The notes: a model not told the origin generated them from the letters alone. 64,000 bases of DNA from Cladosporium halotolerans (GCF_011745625.1 NW_027191458.1:1-64000); one strand, 5' to 3'. Shown: positions 34,154 to 47,147, counted from the first letter of the stretch. Made by a program: numbers and translations.

Positions 34154-35113
34154 TTACATCGTCGGGTAAGGGTAGTGAAACTCGCTCGAAGTGCTTTCCT
34201 CCTTCTCTGGCTCTGGCACCGGGTAAGGGTAGGGGTTCTCCGGCTCATCCTTCACTGGGCTCTGCCCCTGATCAAGACTCGGCTTGGTCGAACTCGTGGG
34301 AGGCGGAGGCGGCTTGCTTGAGCTCGTCGAGGTGCTGGTCGTTGGCGCAGCACTCGGAGTCTCCTTCTTTTCCGGAGACGAAGACGGAGCCGGCTTAGGA
34401 GTAGTGAAGCTCGTAGCAAAACTACTGGGAGGAGCCTGAGAGAGTGGACTGTAAGTGCTAGAAGTGGTCTTCGAGCTTGCGAAACTACTAGGCGGTGCCT
34501 GCTTGAGCGGACTGTAACTTGGCGGGGGAGTCGTCGAGGTACTAGTAGTAGTAGTAGTAGTCTTCGAGCTGGAAGGGGTAGCCGTGCTAGATGGCTTGCT
34601 ACCCTTGGGTGTCGGAGTAAAAGTCTTGAAGCTTATCGGCGGCGACGTGGAGCTCGTCGACGGTTTGGGTGGCGGGGTGCTTGAAGACTTAAGAGGGGAA
34701 GCAGGATCAGAGCTGCTCTTCGGAGGGATGGTGAATGTGCTCGGGCTTTCAGTCACACGAGAGGCACGAGTGGTGCCGTCGATGGTCTTGAAGACGACCG
34801 GCGTGATGACGGTTGTGCTCGAGCTCGGTCTAGGGGGGCCGCCTGTCGTAACACTCTTGCGCGGCGGAGCGGCGGGGAGGCCGTTGATTGGGTTAATGTC
34901 CGGCGCAAAAGACTTGTAGTTGAGTGCTTTGGATTGAGATGCTTCAGGGGAATATGAGAAAATCGTGTGCGTTTTGGTCGGGGCGTACGCGTAGATTGTC
35001 GATGTTGAGAACGCTGTCACGGTGCGGTCGACGGTGACTGTGTTCGTGCGGGCGATGACCCCTGCAGCTGCTGGCCCGGCCAGCAGGACAGAGATAGCAA
35101 TACTTGCTAACAT
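34154..35113 (-). CDS. Secreted Ser/Thr/Pro-rich mucin-like protein
   Basis: Signal peptide MLASIAISVLLAGPAAA; low-complexity body with a duplicated YSPLxQAPPSSFA. Confidence 0.75.
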   Translation of the reverse strand: MLASIAISVLLAGPAAAGVIARTNTVTVDRTVTAFSTSTIYAYAPTKTHTIFSYSPEASQSKALNYKSFAPDINPINGLPAAPPRKSVTTGGPPRPSSSTTVITPVVFKTIDGTTRASRVTESPSTFTIPPKSSSDPASPLKSSSTPPPKPSTSSTSPPISFKTFTPTPKGSKPSSTATPSSSKTTTTTTSTSTTPPPSYSPLKQAPPSSFASSKTTSSTYSPLSQAPPSSFATSFTTPKPAPSSSPEKKETPSAAPTTSTSTSSSKPPPPPTSSTKPSLDQGQSPVKDEPENPYPYPVPEPEKEESTSSEFHYPYPTM

Positions 35114-35397
35114 TATTTCGTTGTTGTAGTTTGATGGAGGTTTTTGGAGAAACGTAAGGAAAGCTTGTTGTTGGTCGCTATGGGTAACGGGATATCGACC
35201 CTGTTGCGAGGAAGGTCCGAACAGGACCATTGTATACATCCAGGCTTTCATCGATTTAATGGAGATCATCAAACTAGACAAAGCACTTTTTGTCCTTGTA
35301 GCGAGAAATCTGTCCTCGTGATGTTGAGTGAACAAAGCCGGATGAGTATATTGACGTCCGGACAAAGGGGTCGACAGTGGTGAGGTGATGCTGACAA

Positions 35398-36066
35398 TCA
35401 TGGCAAACCTGGAGTTCCGATAAACCATGTTATCACCACAGCTATTGCTAGTCCGCCCAAGGCAACAAGGACGCCAAATCTTCCGAGGCTGTCGGCTGCG
35501 TTCATGAAGAAAGCCATCGACGTGACGAGCTTGGCTCCAAAAGGCCCGTACAAGTGCTCAATCTGCTCTTCCGGGATCTCGGGCATTTCTGCAGCCTCTT
35601 TTTGGACTTCTTTGAGATCTCTGAGGACGCCACGCCGTCTTGCCCGAACCAGATCTTCAACATGTCCACCCTTCGCGTGAATGGAGACGCACGCGGTCGA
35701 TGAAAGTAAGCCGTTGTCGAGTATGTCGACGTTCGATCCATGCTTGGCGAATCGCTCCATCAATCGATAGATGGGCGTGTATTGCGCCATGCAGTGCTTC
35801 TTGTAGCCGATGATGTTGAATAGATAGTTGTTAAAGAAATAGTAGCTCGCTTCGTCACGTAGCTGATGACAGACAAGGAACACTGCCATCGGCAGCGAGC
35901 CTGGGCGCATCATCGGGCTGAGCCCTTCTTTCGATGACATGAGGTATATCTGATGCATCGAAGGAAACAGGTGCTGGTAGATGATGAATCGTATGTCGTA
36001 AGGAAGGGAGAGCAAGTGAGTCCGACAGCCTTCGCTTTTCGGTGATCTGGGACGCCCTTCGAACAT
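35398..36066 (-). CDS. Hypothetical protein with F-box-like N-terminal motif and C-terminal TM helix
   Basis: HLLSLPYDIRFIIYQHLF and VCHQLRDEA motifs; hydrophobic C-terminus. Confidence 0.7.
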   Translation of the reverse strand: MFEGRPRSPKSEGCRTHLLSLPYDIRFIIYQHLFPSMHQIYLMSSKEGLSPMMRPGSLPMAVFLVCHQLRDEASYYFFNNYLFNIIGYKKHCMAQYTPIYRLMERFAKHGSNVDILDNGLLSSTACVSIHAKGGHVEDLVRARRRGVLRDLKEVQKEAAEMPEIPEEQIEHLYGPFGAKLVTSMAFFMNAADSLGRFGVLVALGGLAIAVVITWFIGTPGLP

Positions 36067-36783
36067 GTTTTCAGTAGCTTGCAAGATGTGTCAAAGGGTC
36101 TGCCTCATTGGGAAATCGTGAGCGGTCCTACTCTACTTTTACAGTCGCTGCTGCCTGGTGAGCATGGCCAGGTGTCGGGTTCAGCAGTTGCAGCCCCGGG
36201 CACATGGTAAGGTACACTTCACGCGGAGCGATCGTCCAGTAGAGTCTATGAGCCTTCCTCTAATTCGAAAATCGTAGTTCGAAGATGATAATGTGCAGAT
36301 TTGGTCAATAAGGTGTTGCCGCATTCAAAGCCCTCGACAAAAGTAAAGTCAATGCGGTATCGGCAGCCCGCATGTCAGCCCGGCTGGTTTTCACTGCAGT
36401 GCTATTACGCAAACGTCTCTTCCCGTGAAAAGTATGTTCGTTTCATGGAAACATGGAGTACAAACAGAATTGTATCTGATGTATACTAAGAAGAAGAGAC
36501 ACCATTGGTGCGCAATACGAAAGGGATGGACCAAAGGGTGCTGTGACGTCAGGCGAATCGAAGGATGAACAGAGTTGGGGCTGTAGGCAGAACTCCACCG
36601 GCAGATCGGGCGGCATGGAGATAAGACGGTGTGATCATCGAAAAGAGATTCATCCCAACATTTCGCATATGTTACATGCATTTACGAACGCCTCTACTGA
36701 CGCTGTCTTTCGGTGATCTCGCAGTCCTTCCGAGAACAAAAAAACACGTCCCAGCTTACAATCGCGTAATTCCCAATAGGGCA

Positions 36784-38326
36784 ATGGGATCTATACCTAG
36801 TGAGCGTCGCTTCAAGGCAGACACAGTAGCTATCATAGGCGCAGGTCCGTCTGGCATAGCAGCATCAAAGTATGTGCCTCACTGTCACGGCAGATGGACG
36901 GCAACTGACGCATTGCAGATATCTCCTCGCTGAAAAAGCTTTTTCGAAGATTCAAATATTCGAACAAAGAGACAACGTCGGCGGTATCTGGAACTATGTT
37001 CCATGCCCCGAGAGCGCGCCCAAAGACCAGGCGGTGCCGCAAACTAATCCATTCGCGGGCCTTGATGAGCCCATCTGGGAGAACAGCAATGCAAAAGGCG
37101 CACTCAACAAGGAAGACCGCCAGAAAGCCTCATTCTTGTCGCCACTGTACGATCGGCTAGAGACAAACATCCCACGCGGTCTAATGGGATTCTCCGACCT
37201 GCCCTGGAATAAAGATATCCAACTTTTTCCAAAGCATGCCCAAGTGCAAGAGTACATCGAGCGGTACAGCGCGGATGTCGAACATCTTGTTCAATACTCA
37301 ACCCAGGTCACCGATGTGCGACAAGAGTCCACCGGAAAATGGACAATCGAGACGCAGCCCGTGACCTTTACTTCCACAGACGAGATCACAACACACCATT
37401 TCGACGCCGTGATAGTCGCTAACGGGCATTTCAACATCCCCTACATACCCTCCGTCCCAGGCATCTCCGACTTCGCCACCGCCCACCCGGGCTCAATCAC
37501 ACACTCTAAATTCTACCGTCTACCCGAACACTACACCAACAAGAAAGTAATCGTAGTCGGCAACTCCGCTTCCGGCATCGACATCAGCGGGCAAATAATG
37601 CCTTACTGCGCGGCTCCTCTTATCGTCTCCTCGAAATCCGAATCCTATTTCCAAGTAGATACGCCACCCAACCAAACAAACAAACCCGCCATTTCGGAGT
37701 TCGTCCCTGGGAACCGCACAGTCGTGTTTGAAGATGGCACGCGGGAGACCGAAGTCGACGCGATCCTCTACTGCACAGGCTACTTCTATTCCTTTCCGTT
37801 CTTGTCGTCGCTTTCCCCATCATTGATCAGCACCGGTGAGCGTGTCGAGAACCTCTACAAGCACTTATTCTACCGCCCGAATCCTTCGCTTGCGTTCCCC
37901 GTGCTGAGCCAGAAGATCATCCCGTTTCCGTTCGCGGAAGCGCAAGCCGCCGTCGTGGCACGAGTGTTTGCAGGGCGGCTGGCGGTGCCAGACGAAGGGG
38001 ACGTGAAGACTTGGGAAGAGGAAGTCCTGGCTGAGATGGGTGACGGGCGGGAGTTTCATGTGCTGAAGTTCCCGAAAGATGCAGACTATATCAATGAGAT
38101 GCACGACTGGGCCTCGAGAGCTGATGGGGAAGGGAAAGCGGTGGGCAAGGAGCCGCCATTCTGGGGCGAGAAGGAGTATTGGACGAGAGAGCGGTTCCCC
38201 GCGATCAAGAAGGCGTTCATGGGTTTCGGGGAGGACCGGGAGGGGAAGAAGGCGTTGGAGGATGTTGGGTTCGACTTCGATGAGTGGAAGAAAGAGAGGC
38301 AAGAGGAGGGAAAGCAGCTTTTGTGA
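36784..38326 (+). CDS. FMO1: Flavin-containing monooxygenase (Fmo1-like)
   Basis: VAIIGAGPSG, FEQRDNVGGIW, FxGxxxHxxxY-like HPGSITHSKFY, VVGNSASGID, CTGY; intron 36870-36918. Confidence 0.92.
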
Positions 38327-38484
38327 GAGGATGAGGCTTTCTGAGTGACTTTGAGCATCAAAAGATGAATGAGGGTACTGAAACGCTGTTAGTTTTGATC
38401 ATCGACTAAATCTATGATACAGATATCTAAACTTCTCTTACAAGCTCAGTCGAGCTGCTCACCGATACTTTTGTACATGCGAAC

Positions 38485-40031
38485 TCAAATCCTTGTCTTT
38501 ACAGCGGCCTTCTCCAGCTCTCCAATGATCCCACCACCACTCAGACTCCACTTCTCGCCTACGAGACGCTCCGTGACAGCCCCCCTCAAGACACCAGACA
38601 GCGCATAGTATTCCATGAGACCCTTGGCTTCTGCCTTACTCAAGCCCTCAACCTTCTGCACATCCATCTTCTCCAAAGCCTTGCCAACCCTCTCGTCAAA
38701 CGGAGCGTAAGGACTCCACGCGGGCATCGGCTCCGCTTTCCAGCCTGTGTGCGGATTGAATCTAGGCTCGGCCCAGTTCGTCTTTGCGCCGTACTTGGTA
38801 TCCAACAGGTAGTCCAGAGTTTCCGAAGCAGCGCGGTTGGACTCTGAAACAGCGGCGAGGATCATACCTCCGTTCGGAAGTGCGTGCTCGCCTGTCATGT
38901 AGCGAGTGAAGTCGTTGACGAGAGCGAGATCGTGAGCGTGAACGAGACCAGCCTCAGAATTAAGATACTTGGACAGGCGCATAACGTGGTCAATGGCGTC
39001 GAATCCGAGGAAGAGAGGTGGACGCTGCTGACCCTTGCCGGTAGTGGGTTTCGACGGCGCAGTGAGCTCTTTCATGAGAGCAATGTAGACGGCATGTGCG
39101 TTCTCGGCGTTGTTGGCACCCATTTCTGCGAAGCGAGAGAGCGAAATGTTCTCCTGCACCGGGAAAGGGAGCGTGTGCTTCATGCTGAGCTGCATTCCGC
39201 TGAGGACCTTCTGATTGGCGCTTGCAATGGTCTTAAGCAGATTCGCGGTGTATTCAGGCTGGACGTATAGCTTGCCGCTTTCGTCTGGGTGGTAGGAAGT
39301 CTGGTTGTTGGTAAGATCTTGGCCTGCGCAATCATGTTAGCAACCCCTCCAAAAATGCTCCGAGAACTTGCAAACACACCATTGGGGAAATGCAGGACGA
39401 CCCAACCCTTGTTCAGCGCGAGCGCCATGGCCTGCAGCTGCAACACAGTCTTGCCGCTTCCCTTCTCACCAAACAAAATCCTCTTGATGACCTGCTTCGC
39501 ATTCGCATCCTCGCCGCCCTGAGCCGATTCCAAAGCCTTAGCGATCTCAACCGTCTCTTTCCTGATCACTGTTGCAGGTTTTCTGAACAGGTTCCACGCC
39601 TGCGTTGGCTTGAACACATCCAGCGTCCTGAGAGCGCTCACTTGAGCATCTGTCAAGGCGAGCACTTGCCCCTCCAGATGTGCAAGCTTCTCGGCGGAGG
39701 AGTTCTCCAAGTTGAGGTCCTGCAAACCCTGGACTTCCAGCGCATTGGTGTTGCTCAGCACAATCTTCTTGCGGAAAGCCTTCCTCTCGCCCTGCGCAGG
39801 GGGCTTGCCAGTAGATTCGCGCACGTTCTTGTTGAGTCGAAGAGTTTTACCCTGGCGGGAGGCTGGTTTGGCAGTGACGGGGCCCTTCTTCTTGGGTGGA
39901 TTGGCGGCGAGGGCGGAGGTGGTAGAGAAGGCGGCGCGCTGCGCTGTGTTGAGGGGAAGAGGCGATGAGGCGGAGGTTTCGAGGGTGAATTGTGAGCGCG
40001 AAAGGCATCGCGAGCAGATTGATCGTGACAT
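38485..40031 (-). CDS. RSM23: Mitochondrial small-subunit ribosomal protein mS29/DAP3
   Basis: Presequence-like N-terminus, GERKAFRKKIVLSNTNA, P-loop GEKGSGKT, C-terminal SGGGIIGELEK; one intron near 39380-39323. Confidence 0.9.
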
Positions 40032-40480
40032 TGTTCAAGGCGTGGTGCGAGTGCGCGCGGCTGTGGACGCTCGTGCTGCCTTTGTCTTGTCTCTTGACGG
40101 CTGCCAGTCGCAAGTTCTCGGAGGTCTCTGCCAAGCCTCTCCCTTGCCCGGCCTCCGACGCAGCCAGATGATTGTTCACTACGGGTTGCGTCCTCAAACA
40201 GCATCCACGGTATTTTTGTCTTGAGAGGATGAAGCTGCTTCCGGGTACACAACTGAGACGGTGGTGTCAAGCAAGCAATACAACACACCTGATTCTACTC
40301 TGGACGAAGGGGTCCTCCAACCCAGAAGCACCACACGGCATTGCAATGGCGGAATACCCATGTCACCGTCGATAACCGCCCCTAGACTCAGGCTAATTAG
40401 TGCATAACCCAACCCAGCTACTTCGATTTTGCGCATGCGACCTTTACTTCTTGCCAAGCAGGGAAACGTGTGGACGGAGT

Positions 40481-40609
40481 TTTAGGTTCCAACACCCCTG
40501 CGGTGCCGCACATACTGCAGGGCTCGGAAACCTGACAATAGCGCTATGAAGTGCCGTGCGTTCGCATGCTCGAAGACTTCGATAATTCGCCAAAGCGGCA
40601 CATACATTT
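40481..40609 (+). ncRNA. Candidate box H/ACA snoRNA
   Basis: Hairpin 1 (TTAGGTT/AACCTGA and CCCTGCGGT/ACTGCAGGG with internal loop), H box ACAATA 40535-40540, hairpin 2 (GTGCCG/CGGCAC), ACA 40604-40606 followed by TTT. No target identified. Confidence 0.45.
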
Positions 40610-41024
40610 GATTCCTGCGTCCAAGCGACGCCGCGTGCCATATGAAGCGCTCATGTGCCAACGCCGCCAGGCCGCATTTTACGGCCGAAAGCTTGCATTT
40701 CACCGACTTGACGCAGGCGCATCCTTTGCATAGTTGACCCTTGAGGACCAGGTATCGACCCGCTTCTTGCTTTGGGATTGGTATCACGCACGTAAATGGC
40801 TTAATGTTGCCCCGCCGGAAGTCGCTACTGTTTGCTTTCAGACACATGAAATGCATTTTACCCGTGAGATCGATATAGGTATCAAGCCGTTCCGGTAATG
40901 AATCTCGCCGATGTCAAAAGTTCACTTCAAAATAGCTGAAGAGGATAAAGCACTTGCAAGGCAATCTGACGGGTTCGTATTCAGGCTCTAGGGAGGCACT
41001 GATCCGACGAAAAACGTCACCATC

Positions 41025-42809
41025 ATGTCCAAGAAGCGATCCGAGCCTGCCTCGACAGAATCCGTTGATGATGAGTCTTCAAATCGACTGACCGGCTGGA
41101 GGCAGCACTGTATCATCGCATCAGTCTTCATGGGCTTATTTCTCAGCTTTCTGGACACGACCATTGTCGCCGTGGCGCTACCGACCATCTCCGATCAATT
41201 CGGTGACTTTGAGCGGTCGAGCTGGGTCATCACAGCCTACTTACTAACCTACATGGCCTTCGGCATTATACTGGCCAGATTAAGTGACTTCTTCGGAAGC
41301 AAAGCTATCGAAGTCACATCACTGGTGCTCTTTCTGGTCTTTTCCATCGCCTGCGCCGTGAGCCAGAACATGTTCCAGCTCATAGTTTTCCGTGCCTTAC
41401 AAGGCATTGGGGGCAGTGGCTTGTACTCCATGACGATGGTCATCAACCTCAGAATCGTCTCGCCGCGGAAGATGCCCTTGATGGCTGCCGTACTCTCCCT
41501 TGTCCAAGTGGTGTCTGGAGTTCTAGGTCCAGTCCTAGGAGGAGCAATGGCCCACAGCCGGACGTCCGATACATGGCGCTGGATTTTCTGGATCAACCTG
41601 CCGCTCGGAGGCGTGGCTTTAGCCACAATCATGGTTGCTTGGCCGCATGAGAAGGGGAAGAAAGTGCTAGCTAAGGCCGCACTGAGCAGTATTGATTTCC
41701 TGGGGGCTTTCCTCCTGTTAGCTTTTTCCATATTGCTTGTCTTCGCACTGGTAGAAGCAGGAACACGCGCATACTCATGGGGGAGCGCAGCAATCATCGT
41801 CTCTCTCGTGCTGTCGGGGCTCTCTTTGGTTGTCTTCGTGGCGTGGCAAGAGATTCTCACGAGGAGGCCGACATGGTCAGTCGAAGGCATCTTCCCGCTC
41901 GAAGTGGTGAAGATGAGAGTCATGGGCTCGACAATACTGTAAGTGCACCTTTTCGATCACCAGCAAAACCATCTGACCTCGCCAGCGTGACCCTTCTCAC
42001 CGGATTCGTGTTCTACATCGCCGTTGTCCACATCCCAGAACGCTTCCAGGTCGTCTCTGGCGACAACGCTGTAATCGCCGGTGTCAAATTCCTTCCCATG
42101 ATGGCCGGCTCTGCCGTCGGATCCTTCGTTGCAGGGGCTGTGAATCAAAGGCGAAATCTCACCTCTCCCATCATCGTGATAGCAACGGCTTTGCAAGTGC
42201 TCGGATATGGCCTGATGAGCAGCTTAGGAGATGACATCGGCACGCCAAAGGCGACTTACGGCTACCAAGTACTTGTTGGGCTCGGTTTCGGTCTGAGCAT
42301 TGCCAGCGCGACGATCATGGTCCAGATCAACCTAACATCGCGGCCACAGTTCATGGGTGAGTTTCACCGGACGAATAGCATAGTAGAGACGATACTAATT
42401 CAACACAGCTGCGACACAAGGCGCCCTGACCCAGGTCCGCTCTCTTGGCGGCAGCATCGGGCTCGCCATAGCTGTCATCGTGCTGAACGCGGAGATCAGG
42501 TCCTCAGCTGTGCTCACTGATGCGCTGTCGTCGGACCAGCTTGATGCCTTGTACAGGTCCCCTCTAGTCATTAAGACGTTCAGTGTCGCTCAGCAAAGCC
42601 TAGTCGCCCATATTCATGCTCACGTGTTTGTACAGCAGATGCGCGTGGCGACTTACATCATTGCGGCAGGCTTTCTCGTGAGCCTTTTGGCCTTGGAAAG
42701 TAAGCCAGTTCAACCTGCGATCAGACAGCAATCGAATGAGGAGACGGCGCCAACTCAGGAAGTCGCTACGGCACAGCGGTCGGAAGAATCATCCGCATCG
42801 CAAAAGTGA
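41025..42809 (+). CDS. MFS drug:H+ antiporter (DHA2-like)
   Basis: LSFLDTTIVAVALPTI, WVITAYLLTY, FRALQGIGGSG, WRWIFWINLPLG; two introns. Confidence 0.92.
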
Positions 42810-42855
42810 AGTGTCTGAAACGAAATTCATAAGACCGGGGCATCGCTTCAACAGT

Positions 42856-42985
42856 CCATCATCCTGCTCACCCTCCCAAAGCTCCAAAGGATATCTCGGA
42901 TGCTCCACGTTCCTAGCTGATCTGATCTGCTCTCCCCATCATCCTGCTCACCCTCCCAAAGCTCAAAAGGATATCTCGGATGCTC
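42856..42985. repeat. 50-bp direct repeat, 80-bp period, one mismatch
   Basis: CCATCATCCTGCTCACCCTCCCAAAGCTC(C/A)AAAGGATATCTCGGATGCTC at 42856-42905 and 42936-42985. Confidence 0.95.
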
Positions 42986-43008
42986 AAAGGGAGGGCAAAA
43001 GACTATGT

Positions 43009-43112
43009 TGATGAGAGTGGGATTCGAACCCACGCCCTTTCGGACTAGCGATTGTGGTTATGTCGAAGACAAGACCTTAAGCTAGCGCCTTAGACCGCTC
43101 GGCCATCTCACC
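43009..43112 (-). tRNA. tRNA-Leu(AAG) with 24-nt intron
   Basis: GGTGAGA/TCTCATC acceptor stem, TGGCCGAGCGGTCTAAGG D arm, CTAGC-TTAAGG[intron 43074-43051]C-GCTAG, variable arm, GGTTCGAATCC T loop, downstream TTTT. Confidence 0.96.
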
Positions 43113-43855
43113 GGTGATTTGGATGAAGGGGTGAGGCATTGTGTCAAATATAAAGCTGTGTTATCTTGGCTACCCATCACGGTGAACCAAAGGCTATGAT
43201 TCGAAAAGGCCTAGACTTGACCTCGGGAGTCAACAAGTCTCTAGGCAGTGCTCATAATTCTGAACCCAATCATAGTCGATGAAGCGGCCGTGGTGTGCAT
43301 TTTGACACCAATCCTTGTCCTGCTGAGTTTCCTCCAAGTTCAACATCGTTCTTCACAAGTCACAGGATAGCCAACCATACGAAGCAAGTAGCATCGCGTG
43401 AGACTTTTCGCTTGAAAAATGACGACGTGAGTGTCGATCCTCCACGCTAGAGAGCGTCGGGGTTTGGTCGTCCAGCGCGCCGTTCATCGGAGTCAGGCCG
43501 AGAGGCCGACGTGAAAATTGTTGCGACAATGGCATTCCCAAGAAGCAATAGCAATAGTCGTGACCATTCCATTAATCCTCTCTTACAAATCATCCGTCAA
43601 ATCCTCCATCAATCCCTCCGTGTGATTGTTTTCTGGGTTAAATCTCTACATCGAGAAGCACAACTTTCCGCCGCCGACGACTTCTGCCGAAAACGGTCGT
43701 CGGGGCCCGCCAGCTTTTTCGCTCGCCGCAGAGACGGGAACATCACCCTCGTCACAGAGAAGCCGCGGAATCTCGCCCCATAGCCTGCCAGCACATATTA
43801 CTTTTTAGTGTGTCGCCCTTGACCGCTTCCCTAACCTCCAAGAAATTCGACACAC

Positions 43856-45425
43856 ATGCATACTATCCGGGAGGAATCAGAGAAAACGGACCCGCAGCAT
43901 AAAGTGCCCAAGCGATTGCAGGCGCGTTCCGGACCTGGCCTCAACATCCGGATGACGACGCTTACACTCTTCGGGCCCATTGCCCGGCAAAGGGTGAACG
44001 ACAAGCAGCCGCCCAAGGCTCTCGATGATCTGGACGTCGAGCGATGCGCGGCCCTTCACAACACCCTGCTCCTCTATGGATGGGTATGCAGTGGCAAGCG
44101 AATCCCGCAGATGGAGAAGAAATCTTGGTGGAGTCGACACGGTAATGACTCTCTCAAGAAACTCTTACGGCCTACGGTAGTACGCTACCTATCCAAAGTG
44201 TTCGACGTGCCTGGCCACAATTTCTTCTACCACGTTTCTGGACTCGCCGCTCCAAAGGACATTCTGCAGCTCGGCGAGGTGCTTGAGGACGAGGACCGCA
44301 GTGGACCTAACAAGGAGGAGAAGTATCGCTTCATAGTCCTCTACAACACCTCGCGTGACCATGTCAGCCATCCTGCGGGAATCGTTTACGATCAGCAAGA
44401 GCACCGTGCGATCTTTATGCCGACCTACAACCACATCTTCAATCTCAAGGATCGCTCATTACCCTGGCAACCTCTCGAGAGCATACTGAGCGCCTACATC
44501 GACATGGTCGAAGCGGAGAAGGCCATCGCTCTGCACGACACCGTCGGTCAGGCCGCCGAGGGGCCCGAAACCGAGATCAAAATGGGCAACGACCGCGTGC
44601 AGTACAAGTCGCGACCCTGGGTATTGCAAGCCTACACCAAGGGCGATCTTGAAGCATGCCTCAACACTTGGCTCAAGCTTGTCCAAGCAATAGAACGACG
44701 CGCCGACCCCACAGGCTCCAAGCACAACCCGGAGGACGACGACGAGCCGCTGGCGTCTCGGACTGCCTTGAACGTGGCTGGTATTCCCAAAGGCTTCGCG
44801 TACGACCTCCTCTCGCACGCAAACTACTCTCACATCTGGTATGTAGCACCTGGCGTGCGACTGCCGAAGGTGGAAGAGTTCCTCAACCAGCCCTTCAAGA
44901 AGATTCTCAAGCAGTACCCGAAAGAGACGGAAGGCATGAAGATGCCCTTCCTCTTCTTGCGCGCCACAGGCGAAGTGTCTGCCAAAGAGGCCAAGTTCCG
45001 TTGGCCTTTCTCGACGCTCGAGTCGGTGCCGTGCGGCCTCTACCTTGACGCGTTCCCCAACGCCCAAAACCCGTTCGAGGACGCGTGCAGGTTCGTGCTC
45101 CCCATCAAGCTTGGCGGCAACCGCTATGCGCGGACGGCCGACTTCAAGCCTATCATCCGCTCGCACAGTGACTTGTACCAGACCGGTATCAACCCGTTTG
45201 TCATGAGGCATGGACCCAAGCTGGTAGCGATCTTGGAGAACTGGCTGGAGCACATCGAGAGAGGCCATTGGCAGGTCGACGAGAAGGGTGTAGTCGGAGG
45301 TATTGATGGTGAGTCTGCCGCATCCAGAGTCTGTAATTGCACCACTAACACCCTTCACAGTGTGGAAAGAGGCCGACACGCGACAGAACTGGTGGCGTTA
45401 TCAGGCAAAGCATCTTCTCATTTGA
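43856..45425 (+). CDS. Conserved fungal hypothetical protein
   Basis: Strong codon bias; LDVERCAALHN, WQPLESILSAYIDMVE, WQVDEKGVVGGIDVWKEADT; intron 45309-45360 gives the true stop at 45423-45425. Confidence 0.8.
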
Positions 45426-47147
45426 GGTTGATGCGTTTCATTTGGCAAATAGGGGAGAGAGAGGCAGGCGGACAGTCTATTTGCATTTTGCGAGGCGTCC
45501 AGAAAGCGGGTCTGGGTCTCATCTTTGCAATCTCTGTGTTTCGCAAGCAGCAGCGTGGCACCCAAACGAAAAGCAACAATTCATGACGAAGCGTGGGCGC
45601 ATCACGGCATTTTACGGAACGAGGACATTATTGTAGATACCTTACGGTCTGAGCCACAACGGCAAATGTAATGATAATATTGGGCGACTCGATTTTCCTG
45701 AAGAGGGCCACGGCGCGTGTGAGAAATGTTCCAAAATCCTGGGCTCAGGGTTGGAAAGAAACGGAGCCTCAGGTGGAGCCTCAGGTAGCAGTCTAGACCT
45801 CATGTCCTGTGTACGCCTGTACATATGCGAGAATATCAGCATCGCATCCACACATTTCCTAGTGTCCCCTGTTGCCCAGGTCTTGGCTTGTGAGTTTCCC
45901 ATTGTCCCAAGACACCATCATCCGACAATACCGATAGCCGCGGAGCACGCACCGAAAGCCCACGACTCTGTCTGGCTCAGCGCCTTACTTCACGGCCCGA
46001 CCCTGTCTCTCCGCCCTCTGGCCGGCACCGCGATGGAGGTGGCGGTGCGATGCGAGTTCTGGTTGGACTACGGTGTCGGAGAACCTGGCGAACACAAACC
46101 TTGTGATCCTCATCACGGAGCTGCGGAACGCGGGCGACATCTGCATGGTTATCTCAAATTCCATCATGGACTCATCAACCCCCTCATCAACCCCCTGCAA
46201 TCCGACCATCCGTGCCGTCCTGATCACAATCCACGCAATGCAGCTCTACTTGAGACGTGAGGGCTCGGTTACAGATGACTATGCCAGCAATTTATTGCAT
46301 GCGAGTACGTAAAGTATTCTAGACTGTGCCATCGGGCTCGCTTGCCTAGGCAACACAATAATAGCTGCCCATCAGCCACGCCGATACGAGGTTCGCCTAT
46401 CAACCATTGGCAAGGCGCGGTACTCCTGCCCTACGCTACTGCCTGGCGCGCCACGCGTGCCTGGGCCAATGGCTGTATGGGAAGCCGCACGCGAGTCTGC
46501 ACGTTTGGGGGATGACGTTGTTGGCATCTGAACGGGCGCATCGATCGGGGCCAAGTCCTGCAGAAGGCATGTGGCACATCGGGCCATGTGTATGGGTGTG
46601 CCAACTTCGAGCTTGCAGGTCGATACGAAACGCGGAAGAAAAGATACTCAAACTTCGTTTCGACCTTCATGCAGCGGGTCCGGTTCAGGGCGGCCCCCAG
46701 TTCAAGGCCAGAGCACTGAAGCAGAACGTGTGGCTCATGCCCATTGAAACGGTGCTGCCTGTGAGGGGCGGAGCATGGTCCGAGTGCGTGCGAATGGGCA
46801 GCAGCAGCCGGCGTATCAGGCGTGCGAGGCTGAGCGACCCTTTGTTTTCCTGCTGCCTGACGCGCGCGCATTGGTCCTCTCGAACCCTGCTAGTGGGGCA
46901 CCGTGGGCAGGACCAAACGCGTTTCGCGACGACAGCCGCAATCGGCGATTGCTTGTACCCATCTTCGATCCCCGCGCCTGAGTTCGCATGATACTAAAGA
47001 CAACACCATCGCTCGTTTCGCTCACCATCGCCGCATTATTGTCAAGCTTCTTGTCGTCGCCCAGCTGACGCGTGCTTTCCGTCGTCATTCCCGCGCCATC
47101 CCGCAGCCCTGTCCTTGGGAAGACTTGAGTTTCTACCGCAAACAAGA

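Noticed and set aside
45309..45586. C-terminus of the 576-aa ORF
   Set aside because: Read-through of a clear GTGAGT...CTAAC...CAG intron; the spliced stop is at 45425.
45751..46991. Several overlapping 70-190 aa ORFs
   Set aside because: No recognisable motif or consistent coding bias.
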